Shown: positions 5,937 to 17,696, counted from the first letter of the stretch. The stretch: DNA of 60,250 bases from Occultella glacieicola (GCF_004353825.1 NZ_SMNA01000001.1:558001-618250); one strand, 5' to 3'. A program made the numbers and translations. The notes: a model not told the origin generated them from the letters alone.

Positions 5937-8528
5937 GTGCTCGACCTGGACCTGGCAGAGCAACGACTCACGGAGGGGCTCGGGCGCAACGCCGAGGGCC
6001 ACTCCGCGGCGGCCGCGCGGATGCTCCGCGACCTGGTCCGCACGGTCGAGACCGCCGCGGACCGGAGACCGGCCGCCGAGCTCGTGCTCGCCCGGGCCTA
6101 CGTCGGCCTGGCCACCTCCACGTTCGACACCGATGCCGACCTGACCGCGGCCCAGACGCTCCTGCGCCGGGCCGCCGACCATGCCGAGGCGGCCGGTGCG
6201 GACGCCGTGCGGGCGGCGATCCGTGGACAGCAGGCGCTGCTGCTGATGCGGTCCGGGCGGCTGGCCGACGCCGCGGACGCGTTCGGGCGCGCCATGGAGC
6301 TGATCGATGTCGCCCTGCCGCGGGACCAGGTCCGGATCCTGGTGAACCGGGGCACGCTCGCCCTGGAGTTCGGCCGGCTGGACCAGGCGCGCGTGGACCT
6401 GCGCGCCGGCGTGCGGATCGCCGCCGCCGAGGGCGATGTGCTCGTCGAGTCGATGGCCCGGCACAACCTCGGCTACACCGACTTCCTGGCCGGGAACCTG
6501 CCGCGGGCGCTGGCGGAGATGTCCGCTGCCGCGGACATCGCCCCGGGCGGGCGCACCCCGGTGTTCTACCTGGACCGTGCCCGGGTGCTCCGGGAGGCCG
6601 GTCTGGTCCGGGACGCCGACGTCGCCCTCGCCTCCGCGGCGGAGGAGTTCCGGGCGGACCGGCGCGGCCAGGAGCTGGCCGAGGTGGAACTGCTGCGCGC
6701 CGAGTGTGCGCTCGTCGAGGGCGCCCCGGACCGTGGGCGCACGCTCGCCCTGGGCGCCGCGAGGCGGTTCCGTCGCCGCGGCAACGTGATGTGGCAGCGA
6801 CGCAGCGAGTTCGTGGCCCTGCGCTGCGAGCGGGCGCTCGCCGCGGAGTCTCCGGCTCGGCTGTCCCGCCTGGCGACCCGGATCACCGACTTCGTCGAGA
6901 CGGTCGCGGCGGAGGGGCGCCGGGACCTCGCCGACGCCGGTGGCCTGCTGCTGGCCGGCACCCTGCTCGCCGCGGGCGAGGACCCGGTCCGTGCCGGCGC
7001 CGAGGGGGCCGAGGGTGCCGAGGGTGCCGCGAAGACAGCGTCGCTCGACGCCGTGCTCCGGCTGCGCCCGGACGACACGTTCCGGACGCGCATCGAACGG
7101 CGTGAGGTGCGGGCCCAGCTCGCCCTCGCCCGGCACGATCCCGCGCGGGCCCGGCGTGAGGTGCGGGTCGGCCTCGCCGAGCTGACCGATCACCGGGCCA
7201 GGTTCGACTCCCTCGACCTGCGCACCGCCGCGGCCGTGCACGGGTCGCGCCTGGCCGGCCTCGGCACGGCGCTGGCTCTCGCCGACGGCGGTGCGGCGCG
7301 GCTGTTCGACAGCCTCGAGTGGGCCCGGTCGGTCCTGGTCCGGGTGCCGGGCGTGAGTGGGCCGGCGGACCCGGAGGGAGCCGAGTTGCTCGGCGCGCTG
7401 CGGCGTGCGGAGGAGGAGTCCCGCGACCTGATCGGTGAGCCCGAGCACGCCGCCGAGCGGGCGCGGCTGCGGGAGCGGGTGGCCGACCTGCAGCGTCAGA
7501 TCCGGTCCCGGGCCTGGGAGCGCGACGGCGCGGCTCCGGTCGACACGGAGGTCGTCACCCTCGGGCGGGTCCGCGAGGTGCTGCGGACCGATCCCGGCGC
7601 CACGCTCGTGAACTTCGGTGCGTACGGCGGCCGGTGGTACGCCGTGGAGGTCACCGCCGGCCGGGCCCGGGTCCGCGAGCTCGGATCCACCACGCAGGTG
7701 GCCGAGCTGATGCGGCGGGTGCGGGCCGATCTCGACGCGTTGGCGCTGCCGCTGCTGCCCGAGCCGATCGCGAGCACCGTCCGGACCGCGCTCGCGGACG
7801 AGCTGGCCCAGTTGGACGAGATCCTGCTCGCCGGCTCCGGGGCGGGCGGGCCCCTCGTGCTCGCGACCGGTGGGAATCTCGCGGCGGTGCCCTGGACCCT
7901 GCTGCCGTCCCGGCGCGGACTGCCTACCGTCGTCGCCCCGAGCGCAACGATGTGGTGGCGCGCCTGGCGGGCCGGCGTGCGTCCGGACCGGCCGTCGGTG
8001 CTGGCTGTCGCCGGTCCCGGCCTGGATCGAGCCGAGGACGAGGCCGCCCGGGTTGGCGCGGCCTGGCCCGGCGCCGAGGTCCTCGGTGGGGTCGGCGCCA
8101 CCGCCGCCCGGGTGCGCACGGCGCTGGCCGACCACGACGTGATCCATGTGGCCGCGCACGGGGTGCACCAGTCCCAGAGCCCGCTGTTCTCCTCGCTGCG
8201 GCTGGCGGACGGCCCGTTGTTCGCGCACGAGCTCGAGGACCAGAACCTGCGCGGCGGCTGCGTGCTCATCTCGGCGTGCGAGGCCGGGCTGGTCAGCGTC
8301 CGGCCCGGCGACCAGCCGCTCGGGCTCGCGAGCGTGCTGCTGCAGCTGGGCACGCGCGCCGTGGTGGCCGGGGTGGCGAACGTGAACGACCGGGCCGCGG
8401 CGGACGTGATGACGGACGTGCACACACGCCTGGCGGCCGGTACGGACTCCGCGACGGCGCTCGCTGCGGCCCTGGCCGACCACGACGGCCCGCCCGCCCC
8501 CTTCGTCTGCTACGGCAGCGCCTGGTAG
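5937..8528 (+). CDS. TPR-repeat + CHAT (caspase-like) domain protease
   Basis: TPR-like helices (RILVNRGTLALEFGRLDQA, MARHNLGYTDFLAGNLPRAL); intact CHAT dyad HVAAHG and LISACEAG; C-terminal APFVCYG; GGAGG before GTG 5937. Confidence 0.9.
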   Translation: MLDLDLAEQRLTEGLGRNAEGHSAAAARMLRDLVRTVETAADRRPAAELVLARAYVGLATSTFDTDADLTAAQTLLRRAADHAEAAGADAVRAAIRGQQALLLMRSGRLADAADAFGRAMELIDVALPRDQVRILVNRGTLALEFGRLDQARVDLRAGVRIAAAEGDVLVESMARHNLGYTDFLAGNLPRALAEMSAAADIAPGGRTPVFYLDRARVLREAGLVRDADVALASAAEEFRADRRGQELAEVELLRAECALVEGAPDRGRTLALGAARRFRRRGNVMWQRRSEFVALRCERALAAESPARLSRLATRITDFVETVAAEGRRDLADAGGLLLAGTLLAAGEDPVRAGAEGAEGAEGAAKTASLDAVLRLRPDDTFRTRIERREVRAQLALARHDPARARREVRVGLAELTDHRARFDSLDLRTAAAVHGSRLAGLGTALALADGGAARLFDSLEWARSVLVRVPGVSGPADPEGAELLGALRRAEEESRDLIGEPEHAAERARLRERVADLQRQIRSRAWERDGAAPVDTEVVTLGRVREVLRTDPGATLVNFGAYGGRWYAVEVTAGRARVRELGSTTQVAELMRRVRADLDALALPLLPEPIASTVRTALADELAQLDEILLAGSGAGGPLVLATGGNLAAVPWTLLPSRRGLPTVVAPSATMWWRAWRAGVRPDRPSVLAVAGPGLDRAEDEAARVGAAWPGAEVLGGVGATAARVRTALADHDVIHVAAHGVHQSQSPLFSSLRLADGPLFAHELEDQNLRGGCVLISACEAGLVSVRPGDQPLGLASVLLQLGTRAVVAGVANVNDRAAADVMTDVHTRLAAGTDSATALAAALADHDGPPAPFVCYGSAW

Positions 8529-8555
8529 CGGGCGGATCGGGTCACGTCGGCCGCC

Positions 8556-9352
8556 TCACCACGGGACCACGCCGAAGCGGTCCGTGAACGTCCCGGTGAC
8601 CCCCGGTCCCGCCTGCGCGGCCGCGACGATGGCGTCCGTACCCTCCATGAGGGTCTGGGTGCCCTCCGGGCTCATGTCGGTCGCCGTGTACCCGGGGTCC
8701 ACGAGGTTGAACTGCACCTGCTCGATGGCACGCGCGTACTGGGTGGTCATCATGTTCAGGGCGGCCTTGGACGAGGTGTAGACGAGGCCTGGATCGCGTG
8801 CTCCATGCGCCTGGGGTCGGACGTGACGGCGATCGAACCGAGGCCGCTGGAGACCATGACCACCCGGGGGCGCCGGGCGGCGCGCAGCAACGGCAGGAAG
8901 GCCTGCGTCACCCGGACCGGACCGAGCACGTTCACCCCATAGGGGCCGAGGAAGTCCGCCGCGGTGGTCCGCGCCGGGTCGCCGGTCGCGCCGAGCACGC
9001 CGGCGTTGTTGACCAGGACGTCGAGGTGGTCGTGGTTCGCGCGGACCTGTTCGACGGCGGCCGTCACGGAGTCCTGCGACGTCACGTCGAGCGCGACGGC
9101 CCTCACGTCCAGGCCCGCGGCGACCAGGTCCGCCGCCGCGGCGTCGCCGCGCCCGGGATCGCGGGCGCCGAGCAGGACCCGCCAGCCGAGCTCGCCGAGG
9201 CGGCGAGCGGTGGTGAGCCCGAGGCCACGGTTGGCGCCGGTGATCAGCACCGTGGTCGCCTCGCCGGCGGGCTCGCGGGCGTCGGGTCGATGGTCGACGG
9301 CGGAGGTCAGGTGGGTCGGTCGGCCTGCGGTGGTCGAATCGGTGGTTGCCAT
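8556..9352 (-). pseudogene. Short-chain dehydrogenase/reductase with a frameshift near 8790
   Basis: ITGANRGLG, LVNNAG and VSSGLGS lie in one frame; YTSSKAALNM...DPGYTATD...VVPW lies in another; one base appears to be missing at ATCCAGGCCTC. Confidence 0.85.
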
Positions 9353-9475
9353 GGCCCCACCGTTGCTCCGGGGTCCGGGTGGGTCCAGGTAGCGCGGATC
9401 CTGGGAGCCGCGGTACCAGGATCCGCGACCGTCGACCCTCGCGGTGGCAGCCCGCCGGGGGGCATGCTGGTGGGC

Positions 9476-10333
9476 GTGAACCGCAACGAGCTGGCCGCCC
9501 TGCTGCGCCGAGCCCGGGAGCGGGTGCGCCCCGAGGACGTCGGCCTGCCGGCCGGGTCCCGGCGTCGGGTGCCGGGCCTGCGCCGGGAGGAGGTCGCCCA
9601 GCTCGCCGGGCTGAGCGTGGAGTACATCGTCCGGCTGGAGCAGGGCCGCGGGCCGCACCCCTCCACGCAGGTGCTGCAGGCGCTATCCCGTGCCCTGCGG
9701 CTGCCCGATCCCGAGCGTGACCAGTTGTACGTGCTCGCGGATGCGGCGCCACCGCGACCGGGACAGATCCAGATGACCGTGCGGCCCGGCCTGCTCCGGC
9801 TGCTCGATCGGCTCACGGACCTGCCCGCCCTGGTGCTCTCCGCGAAGAGCGACGTGCTGGCCTGGAACCCGATGGCCGCGGCGCTGCTCGGGGACCTGTC
9901 CCGGTGGCCCGACCGGGAGCGCAACATCATCTGGCAGCGGTTCCTGGGCACCGGGCCCGGGCGGGTCGCGATGGCTCCGGAGGAACGGGAGGCGGTGAAA
10001 CTGACGTCCGTGGCGACCCTGCGCACGGCGATGGCGCGCTACCCCGAGGACCTCGCGTTGCTGCGCCTCATCTCCGGCCTGCGCCGCGGTAGTGCGGAGT
10101 TCGAACGACTGTGGGGCGAGGGGCACACCTGCGACTGGCGCTCGCTCACGACCACGGTGGACCACCCCGACCTCGGCAGGCTCGTGCTCGACTGCGACAC
10201 CGTCTCGATGCCCTGCGCGGATCAGAGCATGATCATCTACTCGGCGACCCCCGGCACGCCCGCCGCCCAGGCGCTCGCGCTGCTCCGGGTGACCGAGTCG
10301 CAGGACCTCGCCCCGACCGGGGCGTCGTACTGA
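9476..10333 (+). CDS. XRE-family HTH regulator with MmyB-like ligand-binding domain
   Basis: LRRARERVRPEDVGLP...RRRVPGLRREEVAQLAGLSVEYIVRLEQGR; DVLAWN; HPDLGRLVL; divergent from the SDR gene. Confidence 0.92.
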   Translation: MNRNELAALLRRARERVRPEDVGLPAGSRRRVPGLRREEVAQLAGLSVEYIVRLEQGRGPHPSTQVLQALSRALRLPDPERDQLYVLADAAPPRPGQIQMTVRPGLLRLLDRLTDLPALVLSAKSDVLAWNPMAAALLGDLSRWPDRERNIIWQRFLGTGPGRVAMAPEEREAVKLTSVATLRTAMARYPEDLALLRLISGLRRGSAEFERLWGEGHTCDWRSLTTTVDHPDLGRLVLDCDTVSMPCADQSMIIYSATPGTPAAQALALLRVTESQDLAPTGASY

Positions 10334-10353
10334 ACCCATCGATCCCGATCAGA

Positions 10354-10374
10354 GTTGAGTGGAATAGACTCAAC
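10354..10374 (+). promoter_or_regulatory. HAIR element (HspR operator)
   Basis: GTTGAGT-GGAATAG-ACTCAAC fits the TTGAGT-N7-ACTCAA inverted repeat, directly upstream of clpB. Confidence 0.92.
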
Positions 10375-10425
10375 CTTGGGTGGCGTTGTCACGATCAGAC
10401 ACAGCACTGAAATCCGGAGGTTCGA

Positions 10426-13023
<2,598 letters not shown>

Positions 13024-13028
13024 CCTGC

Positions 13029-13066
13029 GGTGACGCCGCGATCGGTCAGCCGATCGCGGCGTCACC
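13029..13066. terminator. Perfect 17-bp hairpin between convergent genes
   Basis: GGTGACGCCGCGATCGG-TCAG-CCGATCGCGGCGTCACC. Confidence 0.75.
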
Positions 13067-13855
13067 CGCGGTGAAGCTGCCGGTGAACTCCAGTCCGTCG
13101 GTCGCGGTGACCAGGCAGGTCAGCTTGCGGTCCCCGGCGTCCCAGGTGTCCTCGGACGGGTAGAGCGTGTGGTAGCCGATGTGCTCGGTGTCGAAGTCCG
13201 AGGGGAGTACCTCACCGATCGCGTCGAAGCAGAAGTCGTCCGCACGGCTCTGGAAGTCGTCGGAGAACTCCGAGTCCTCGACGAGTTGCTCGGCGACGAC
13301 CTCGAAGCCGTGCGGATCGGCGCACGGGACCTGGTCGAGCAGCCGGTTCTCGTTGTAGTCCAGCGTGAACAGGCAGTTGCCGGGGACGAGGTCGACGTCG
13401 GCGATCTCGGTGGGCTCGGACACGTCGTTCGGGTTCGCCTCGGTGCCGCCACCACCGCTGCTCAGCCCGCGCACCACGAAGAACCCGACCACCAGCAGGA
13501 CCACGACGCCGATCGCGATGCCGATGATGGCTCCGGTGTTCCTGGTCGACGGCGGCGTCGGACCGCCGTAGTAGCCGGATCCGCCGGGCTGGCTGTAGCC
13601 GCCGAAGCTCGGTTGCGAGGCCTGGCCGTACCCGGACTGGGGCGGGGCGCCGAACCCGGTCTGGGGCGGCTGCTGCCCGTAGGTGGGCGCCGAGCCCGGA
13701 CCGTAGCCGCCGGGTGGTGGCTGTTGCCCGTAGCCGCCCGGTTGGGGCTGCTGCCCGTACCCGCCCTGCTGCGGGGGCTGCTGGCCGTAGCCGGGTTGCT
13801 GCCCGTACCCGGGCTGCTGACCCTGCTGCTGGTAGGGATCCCACGAGGTGCTCAT
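13046..13855 (-). CDS. Membrane protein with Q/G/Y/P-rich N-terminus and septum-formation-family domain
   Basis: GYGQQP repeats, one TM helix, then GNC...VPCADPHGFEV...C...YPSEDTWDAGDRKLTC. Confidence 0.82.
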   Translation of the reverse strand: MSTSWDPYQQQGQQPGYGQQPGYGQQPPQQGGYGQQPQPGGYGQQPPPGGYGPGSAPTYGQQPPQTGFGAPPQSGYGQASQPSFGGYSQPGGSGYYGGPTPPSTRNTGAIIGIAIGVVVLLVVGFFVVRGLSSGGGGTEANPNDVSEPTEIADVDLVPGNCLFTLDYNENRLLDQVPCADPHGFEVVAEQLVEDSEFSDDFQSRADDFCFDAIGEVLPSDFDTEHIGYHTLYPSEDTWDAGDRKLTCLVTATDGLEFTGSFTAGDAAIG

Positions 13856-13960
13856 GATGCGAACTTTAGGCGCTGCGGACGCGCCCGTCACACGTGTCTC
13901 ATGGGCACTTCGGCCCATTTTCGCGCCACCGGTGCCCCGGTGCCGACGGTCGGAGCCGGC

Positions 13961-15112
13961 TCAGTTGACGAGGTCGCCCTCGAACGGGCCGGTCGCGCCG
14001 CGCACCAGGCAGATCACGGTGGTGTTGCCCTGTTGCCAGCCGTCGGCACTCGGGGCCAGGTGCCACGGGACGACCTCGACATCGCCGGCGTCGAGCGCCT
14101 CGGCGTCGGCGTCGCACAGCTCGGTCGCCTCGGTGGCCACCGCCTCCGGGCCGGGGAAGTCCCCGGTGAGTTCATGGGTGGCGGTCACCTGCGCGATGTG
14201 GGCCTCGGCGCACGGCACCAGTCGCACTTCACCGACGGACTGCGAGGGCGGCAGCGTGTAGATGCAGTTGCCCTCGGCCAGGTTCGCCGAGGCCACGTTG
14301 CGGGCGGTCTCCACGTCTCCGGCGACGGGGCGCTCGGTGGCTCGCGCGACCGTCCCGTTCAGTGTGAGCGTGACGGCGACCAAGGCCCAGGCGACCGTGA
14401 ACAGACCACCGAGAACGATCCCGGTCCAGGCCAGGTTCATGCTCCGGCGACGGGTGCGCCGCACGCGCGGTCGCGCGAGCAGGCCCAGCACCAGGCCGAC
14501 GGGGCCGAGGGGTGAGGTGGCGACGCTCGCGACCGCCATCGGTTCGAGCTTCTGCTTCTCGAAGGCCGGGAAGGTGAACTGCCCGTAACCGCCGCTGCCG
14601 GTCGGCTGCGGGCCGGGGTTCGGTGCCGGGCGGCTGCCGTAGGGGCTCTGCCCACGGGGCTGCGCCGGTGCCTGCGGTCCCGCGTGTGGGATGGGAGGGA
14701 TCACGGCGCCGGGTGCGCCGCCCGGCTCCGGGAAGTGGTAGCCGCCCTGCTGTGGCGCGTATCCGCCCTGCTGTGGCGGCTGCCCGCCTTGCTGTGGCGC
14801 GTATCCGCCCTGCTGTGGCACGTATCCGCTCTGCTGTGGCGCGTACCCACCTTGCTGTGGCGCGTACCCACCGCCCTGTGGTGGCGCATACCCACCCTGC
14901 GGCGGTGCCTGACCGCCCGGTGCCGGTACGGCTACGCCGGACGACGGAACGGGCCCGCCCGGGGCCGCCGGCGCCGACGGGCCGCCCGGGTTCCCCCAGC
15001 CCGAACCCGGGTCGGCCCACCCGCTCGGCTTCGCCGTCGGGTTCGCGCGCCCGGCAGCGCCGTCGGGAGCGTCCGCCCTCGGGCCGTCGGGCCATGGCGG
15101 GGTCTGCGTCAT
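13961..15112 (-). CDS. Membrane protein: PQQGGYA repeats, DUF4190-like TM pair, septum-formation-family domain
   Basis: Heptad repeats; MAVASV...LVLGLLA...AWTGIVLG; GNC...VPCAEAHIAQV...PSADGWQQGNTTVIC. Confidence 0.82.
   Translation of the reverse strand: MTQTPPWPDGPRADAPDGAAGRANPTAKPSGWADPGSGWGNPGGPSAPAAPGGPVPSSGVAVPAPGGQAPPQGGYAPPQGGGYAPQQGGYAPQQSGYVPQQGGYAPQQGGQPPQQGGYAPQQGGYHFPEPGGAPGAVIPPIPHAGPQAPAQPRGQSPYGSRPAPNPGPQPTGSGGYGQFTFPAFEKQKLEPMAVASVATSPLGPVGLVLGLLARPRVRRTRRRSMNLAWTGIVLGGLFTVAWALVAVTLTLNGTVARATERPVAGDVETARNVASANLAEGNCIYTLPPSQSVGEVRLVPCAEAHIAQVTATHELTGDFPGPEAVATEATELCDADAEALDAGDVEVVPWHLAPSADGWQQGNTTVICLVRGATGPFEGDLVN
14742..14867. repeat. 21-bp coding tandem repeat (6 units plus degenerate flanks)
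   Basis: Unit CCGCCCTGCTGTGGCGCGTAT and variants, encoding YAPQQGG on the minus strand. Confidence 0.9.
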
Positions 15113-15165
15113 GGACCGACCTTAACGTCCCCGGCGCCGGGGCGGACCACCGCTCGCTCGCACGG

Positions 15166-15960
15166 TCACAGGGTCGGCGGGTCCAGTTCCAGCACCACCG
15201 GCACGTGGTCCGAGGCGCCCTTGCCCTTGCGCTCGTTGCGGTCCACCGCGACGCCGCGCACCCGCTCCGCGAACCCCGTCGACGTCAGCGCGAAGTCGAT
15301 CCGCATGCCCTCGTTCCGGGGGAACCGGAGCCGCTGGTAGTCCCAGTACGTGTACACCTGCGGCAGGTGCGCGCGGGTCACCTCGGCGAAGCCGGCCGCC
15401 TCGATCGCGGCGAACGCGGCCCGCTCGGGTGGGGAGACGTGGGTGGCGCCCTCGAACACGGACATGTCCCAGACGTCGTCGTCCCGGGGCGCGACGTTCC
15501 AGTCGCCGACCAGAGCGATCATCGCGGCGGGGTCGGCGGTCAACCATCCCGTGCCCGCCTCGCGCAGCGCGGCCAGCCAGGCGAGCTTGTACTCGTAGTG
15601 CGGGTCGCCGAGGGTGCGCCCGTTCGGGACGTAGAGACTCCAGATCCGCAGCCCCGCGCAGGTGGCCCCGATCGCGCGGGCCTCGACTCCTGCGGGATCG
15701 CCCCAGCCGGGCTGCCCGGGGAAGGCGCGGTGCACGTCGGTCAGCCCGACCCGGGACGCGATCGCGACCCCGTTCCACTGGTTCAGCCCGTGATGGGCCA
15801 CCTCGTATCCGAGGGCCTCGAACGGCAGGTACGGGAAGGCATCGTCGGCGCACTTGGTCTCCTGCATCGCCAGCACGTCGGTGCCGGAGCGCTCCAGCCA
15901 GGCGGTGACCCGGTCCAGCCGGGCCCTGATCGAGTTCACATTCCAGGTCGCCACTCGCAC
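15166..15960 (-). CDS. xthA: Exodeoxyribonuclease III
   Basis: MRVATWNVNSIRAR, QETK, YVPNG, GDWNVAP, YTYWDY, RIDF, SDHVPV. Confidence 0.95.
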   Translation of the reverse strand: MRVATWNVNSIRARLDRVTAWLERSGTDVLAMQETKCADDAFPYLPFEALGYEVAHHGLNQWNGVAIASRVGLTDVHRAFPGQPGWGDPAGVEARAIGATCAGLRIWSLYVPNGRTLGDPHYEYKLAWLAALREAGTGWLTADPAAMIALVGDWNVAPRDDDVWDMSVFEGATHVSPPERAAFAAIEAAGFAEVTRAHLPQVYTYWDYQRLRFPRNEGMRIDFALTSTGFAERVRGVAVDRNERKGKGASDHVPVVLELDPPTL

Positions 15961-16015
15961 GCCCTCACCGTATCCGTCGGGGCCGACGCCGCGGTGCGCC
16001 GATACGATGGCGCCC

Positions 16016-16591
16016 GTGACCACCGACACCACGCCCAAACAGCGACTGGCCGAACTCGTCAACGAACTGGCCGTGGTGCACGGCCGAGTCACCCTGAGCA
16101 GCGGCCGCGAGGCCGACTACTACGTCGACATGCGCCGGGCCACCCTGCACCACGAGGCGGCACCACTGATCGGGCACCTGCTCCTGGACGTCCTCGAGGA
16201 GGCGGGCTTCGGCCCCGGGGAGATCGACGCCGTCGGCGGACTGACCCTCGGAGCCGACCCGGTGGTATGCGCGGTCCAGCACGCCGCGGCCAGCCGGGGC
16301 CTCGCGCTCGACGCGTTCCTGGTCCGCAAGGAGGCCAAGGGACACGGCATGAAGCGACAGGTCGAGGGGCCGGACGTGGCCGGGCGCCGGGTGGTGGTCC
16401 TGGAGGACACCTCCACCACCGGCGGCAGCGCCCTGACCGCGGTGGCCGCGGCGCGTGAGGCCGGCGCGGAGGTGGTGGCGGTGGCGTCGATCGTGGACCG
16501 GGACACCGGTGCCCGCGAGGCGATCGACGGGGCAGAACTGCCCTATCTCTGGGTGCTCTCGGCAGCCGATCTGGGACTCGCGCCCCAGTAG
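16016..16591 (+). CDS. pyrE: Orotate phosphoribosyltransferase
   Basis: TLSSGREADYYVD, GGLTLGADP, VRKEAKGHG, VLEDTSTTGGS; probable leaderless GTG after TACGAT. Confidence 0.95.
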   Translation: MTTDTTPKQRLAELVNELAVVHGRVTLSSGREADYYVDMRRATLHHEAAPLIGHLLLDVLEEAGFGPGEIDAVGGLTLGADPVVCAVQHAAASRGLALDAFLVRKEAKGHGMKRQVEGPDVAGRRVVVLEDTSTTGGSALTAVAAAREAGAEVVAVASIVDRDTGAREAIDGAELPYLWVLSAADLGLAPQ

Positions 16592-16677
16592 TATCGACCG
16601 CACGGGGGCCGCACAGGTACCTCGCCGCGGAAGGGGCGGACCCCTTCCGGCATCGACGAGTACAGGAGGTGAGCGCC

Positions 16678-17499
16678 ATGGATGCAGGCCTGATCGTCAT
16701 CCTCATCGTGGTTGCCCTGATTCTGATCGTGGTCATCTGGGCGGTGGCGACCTACAACGGGTTCGTCCGGCTCCGGAACCTGGTGCAGGAGGCCTGGCGT
16801 CAGATCGACGTCGAGCTGCACCGGCGCTATGACCTGATCCCGAACCTGATCGAGACCGTGAAGGGCTACGCAGCCCACGAGCGCGCCGTCTTCGACGAGG
16901 TCACCCGCGCCCGCGCCGCGGCCGCGACGCCCGGGGCCACGCCGGCCCAGCAGGCCGTCCAGGAGGACCAGCTCTCGAACGCGATCGGCCGGCTGTTCGC
17001 CGTCGCCGAGGCCTACCCGCAGCTGCGGGCGGCCGAGAACTTCACCCAGCTCCAGAACGAGCTGACGAACACCGAGGACCGGATCGCCGCGGGCCGCCGG
17101 TTCTACAACGCGAACGTGCGGGACCTGAACACCAAGGTCGAGACGTTCCCGCCCAACATCATCGCGAGCATGTTCAAGTTCTCCCGCGCGGAGTACTTCG
17201 AGGTCACGGACCCGGCCGTGCGGACCGCGCCGCGGGTGTCCTTCCAGGACACCCAGGGCAACGTCGGCCAGTACAACCAGAACACCCCGGCCCCGCAGCC
17301 GCGCCCGACCGACTCGCCCGTGCAGCCAGGCACCCAGCCCGGCGGTCCCGGTGCCCCGGGTCAGGGTGGGTCGAGCGGCTACCAGCCGAACAGTTACCAG
17401 CCCGGCCAGCCGTTCCAGCAGGGCCCCGGCCAGGGTGGTCAGTACCCCGGCCAGGGCGGCAGCTACCCCGGCCAGGGCGGTCAGCCCCCGCAGCGCTGA
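16678..17499 (+). CDS. lemA: LemA family protein with Q/G/P-rich C-terminal tail
   Basis: N-terminal TM, YNGFVRLRN...IDVELHRRYDLIPNL...AVAEAYPQLRA...RRFYNANV; AGGAGG RBS. Confidence 0.93.
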   Translation: MDAGLIVILIVVALILIVVIWAVATYNGFVRLRNLVQEAWRQIDVELHRRYDLIPNLIETVKGYAAHERAVFDEVTRARAAAATPGATPAQQAVQEDQLSNAIGRLFAVAEAYPQLRAAENFTQLQNELTNTEDRIAAGRRFYNANVRDLNTKVETFPPNIIASMFKFSRAEYFEVTDPAVRTAPRVSFQDTQGNVGQYNQNTPAPQPRPTDSPVQPGTQPGGPGAPGQGGSSGYQPNSYQPGQPFQQGPGQGGQYPGQGGSYPGQGGQPPQR

Positions 17500-17514
17500 C
17501 CCGATCGCAGCACG

Positions 17515-17549
17515 GAACGCCCCAGCACCCGCGCGGTGCTGGGGCGTTC
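17515..17549. terminator. Stem-loop terminator after lemA
   Basis: GAACGCCCCAGCACC-CGCGC-GGTGCTGGGGCGTTC, perfect 15-bp stem. Confidence 0.8.
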
Positions 17550-17572
17550 GCCGTCCCAGCGACCCGGGCCCG

Positions 17573-17683
17573 CCGTGGTGAGGGTGCTGTTGTGGCTGCC
17601 ACTTGCGCTCTCTCGAGCCCGGCGTCCGCGAGTCATCCGTGGTGAGGGTGCTGTTGTGGCTGCCACTTGCGCTCTCTCGAGCC
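17573..17683. repeat. Two identical 47-bp direct repeats separated by 17 bp
   Basis: CCGTGGTGAGGGTGCTGTTGTGGCTGCCACTTGCGCTCTCTCGAGCC at 17573-17619 and 17637-17683. Confidence 0.92.
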
Positions 17684-17696
17684 GGATCTGTGCCGG

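Noticed and set aside
5505..8483. 992-aa antisense ORF, and similar long antisense ORFs (10237-12489, 16543-19314, 50373-53249)
   Set aside because: Shadow ORFs expected from high-GC codon bias opposite real genes; no recognisable motifs
17573..17683. CRISPR array
   Set aside because: Only two repeats, 47-bp unit with a 17-bp spacer, and no cas genes in the window; kept as a plain direct repeat
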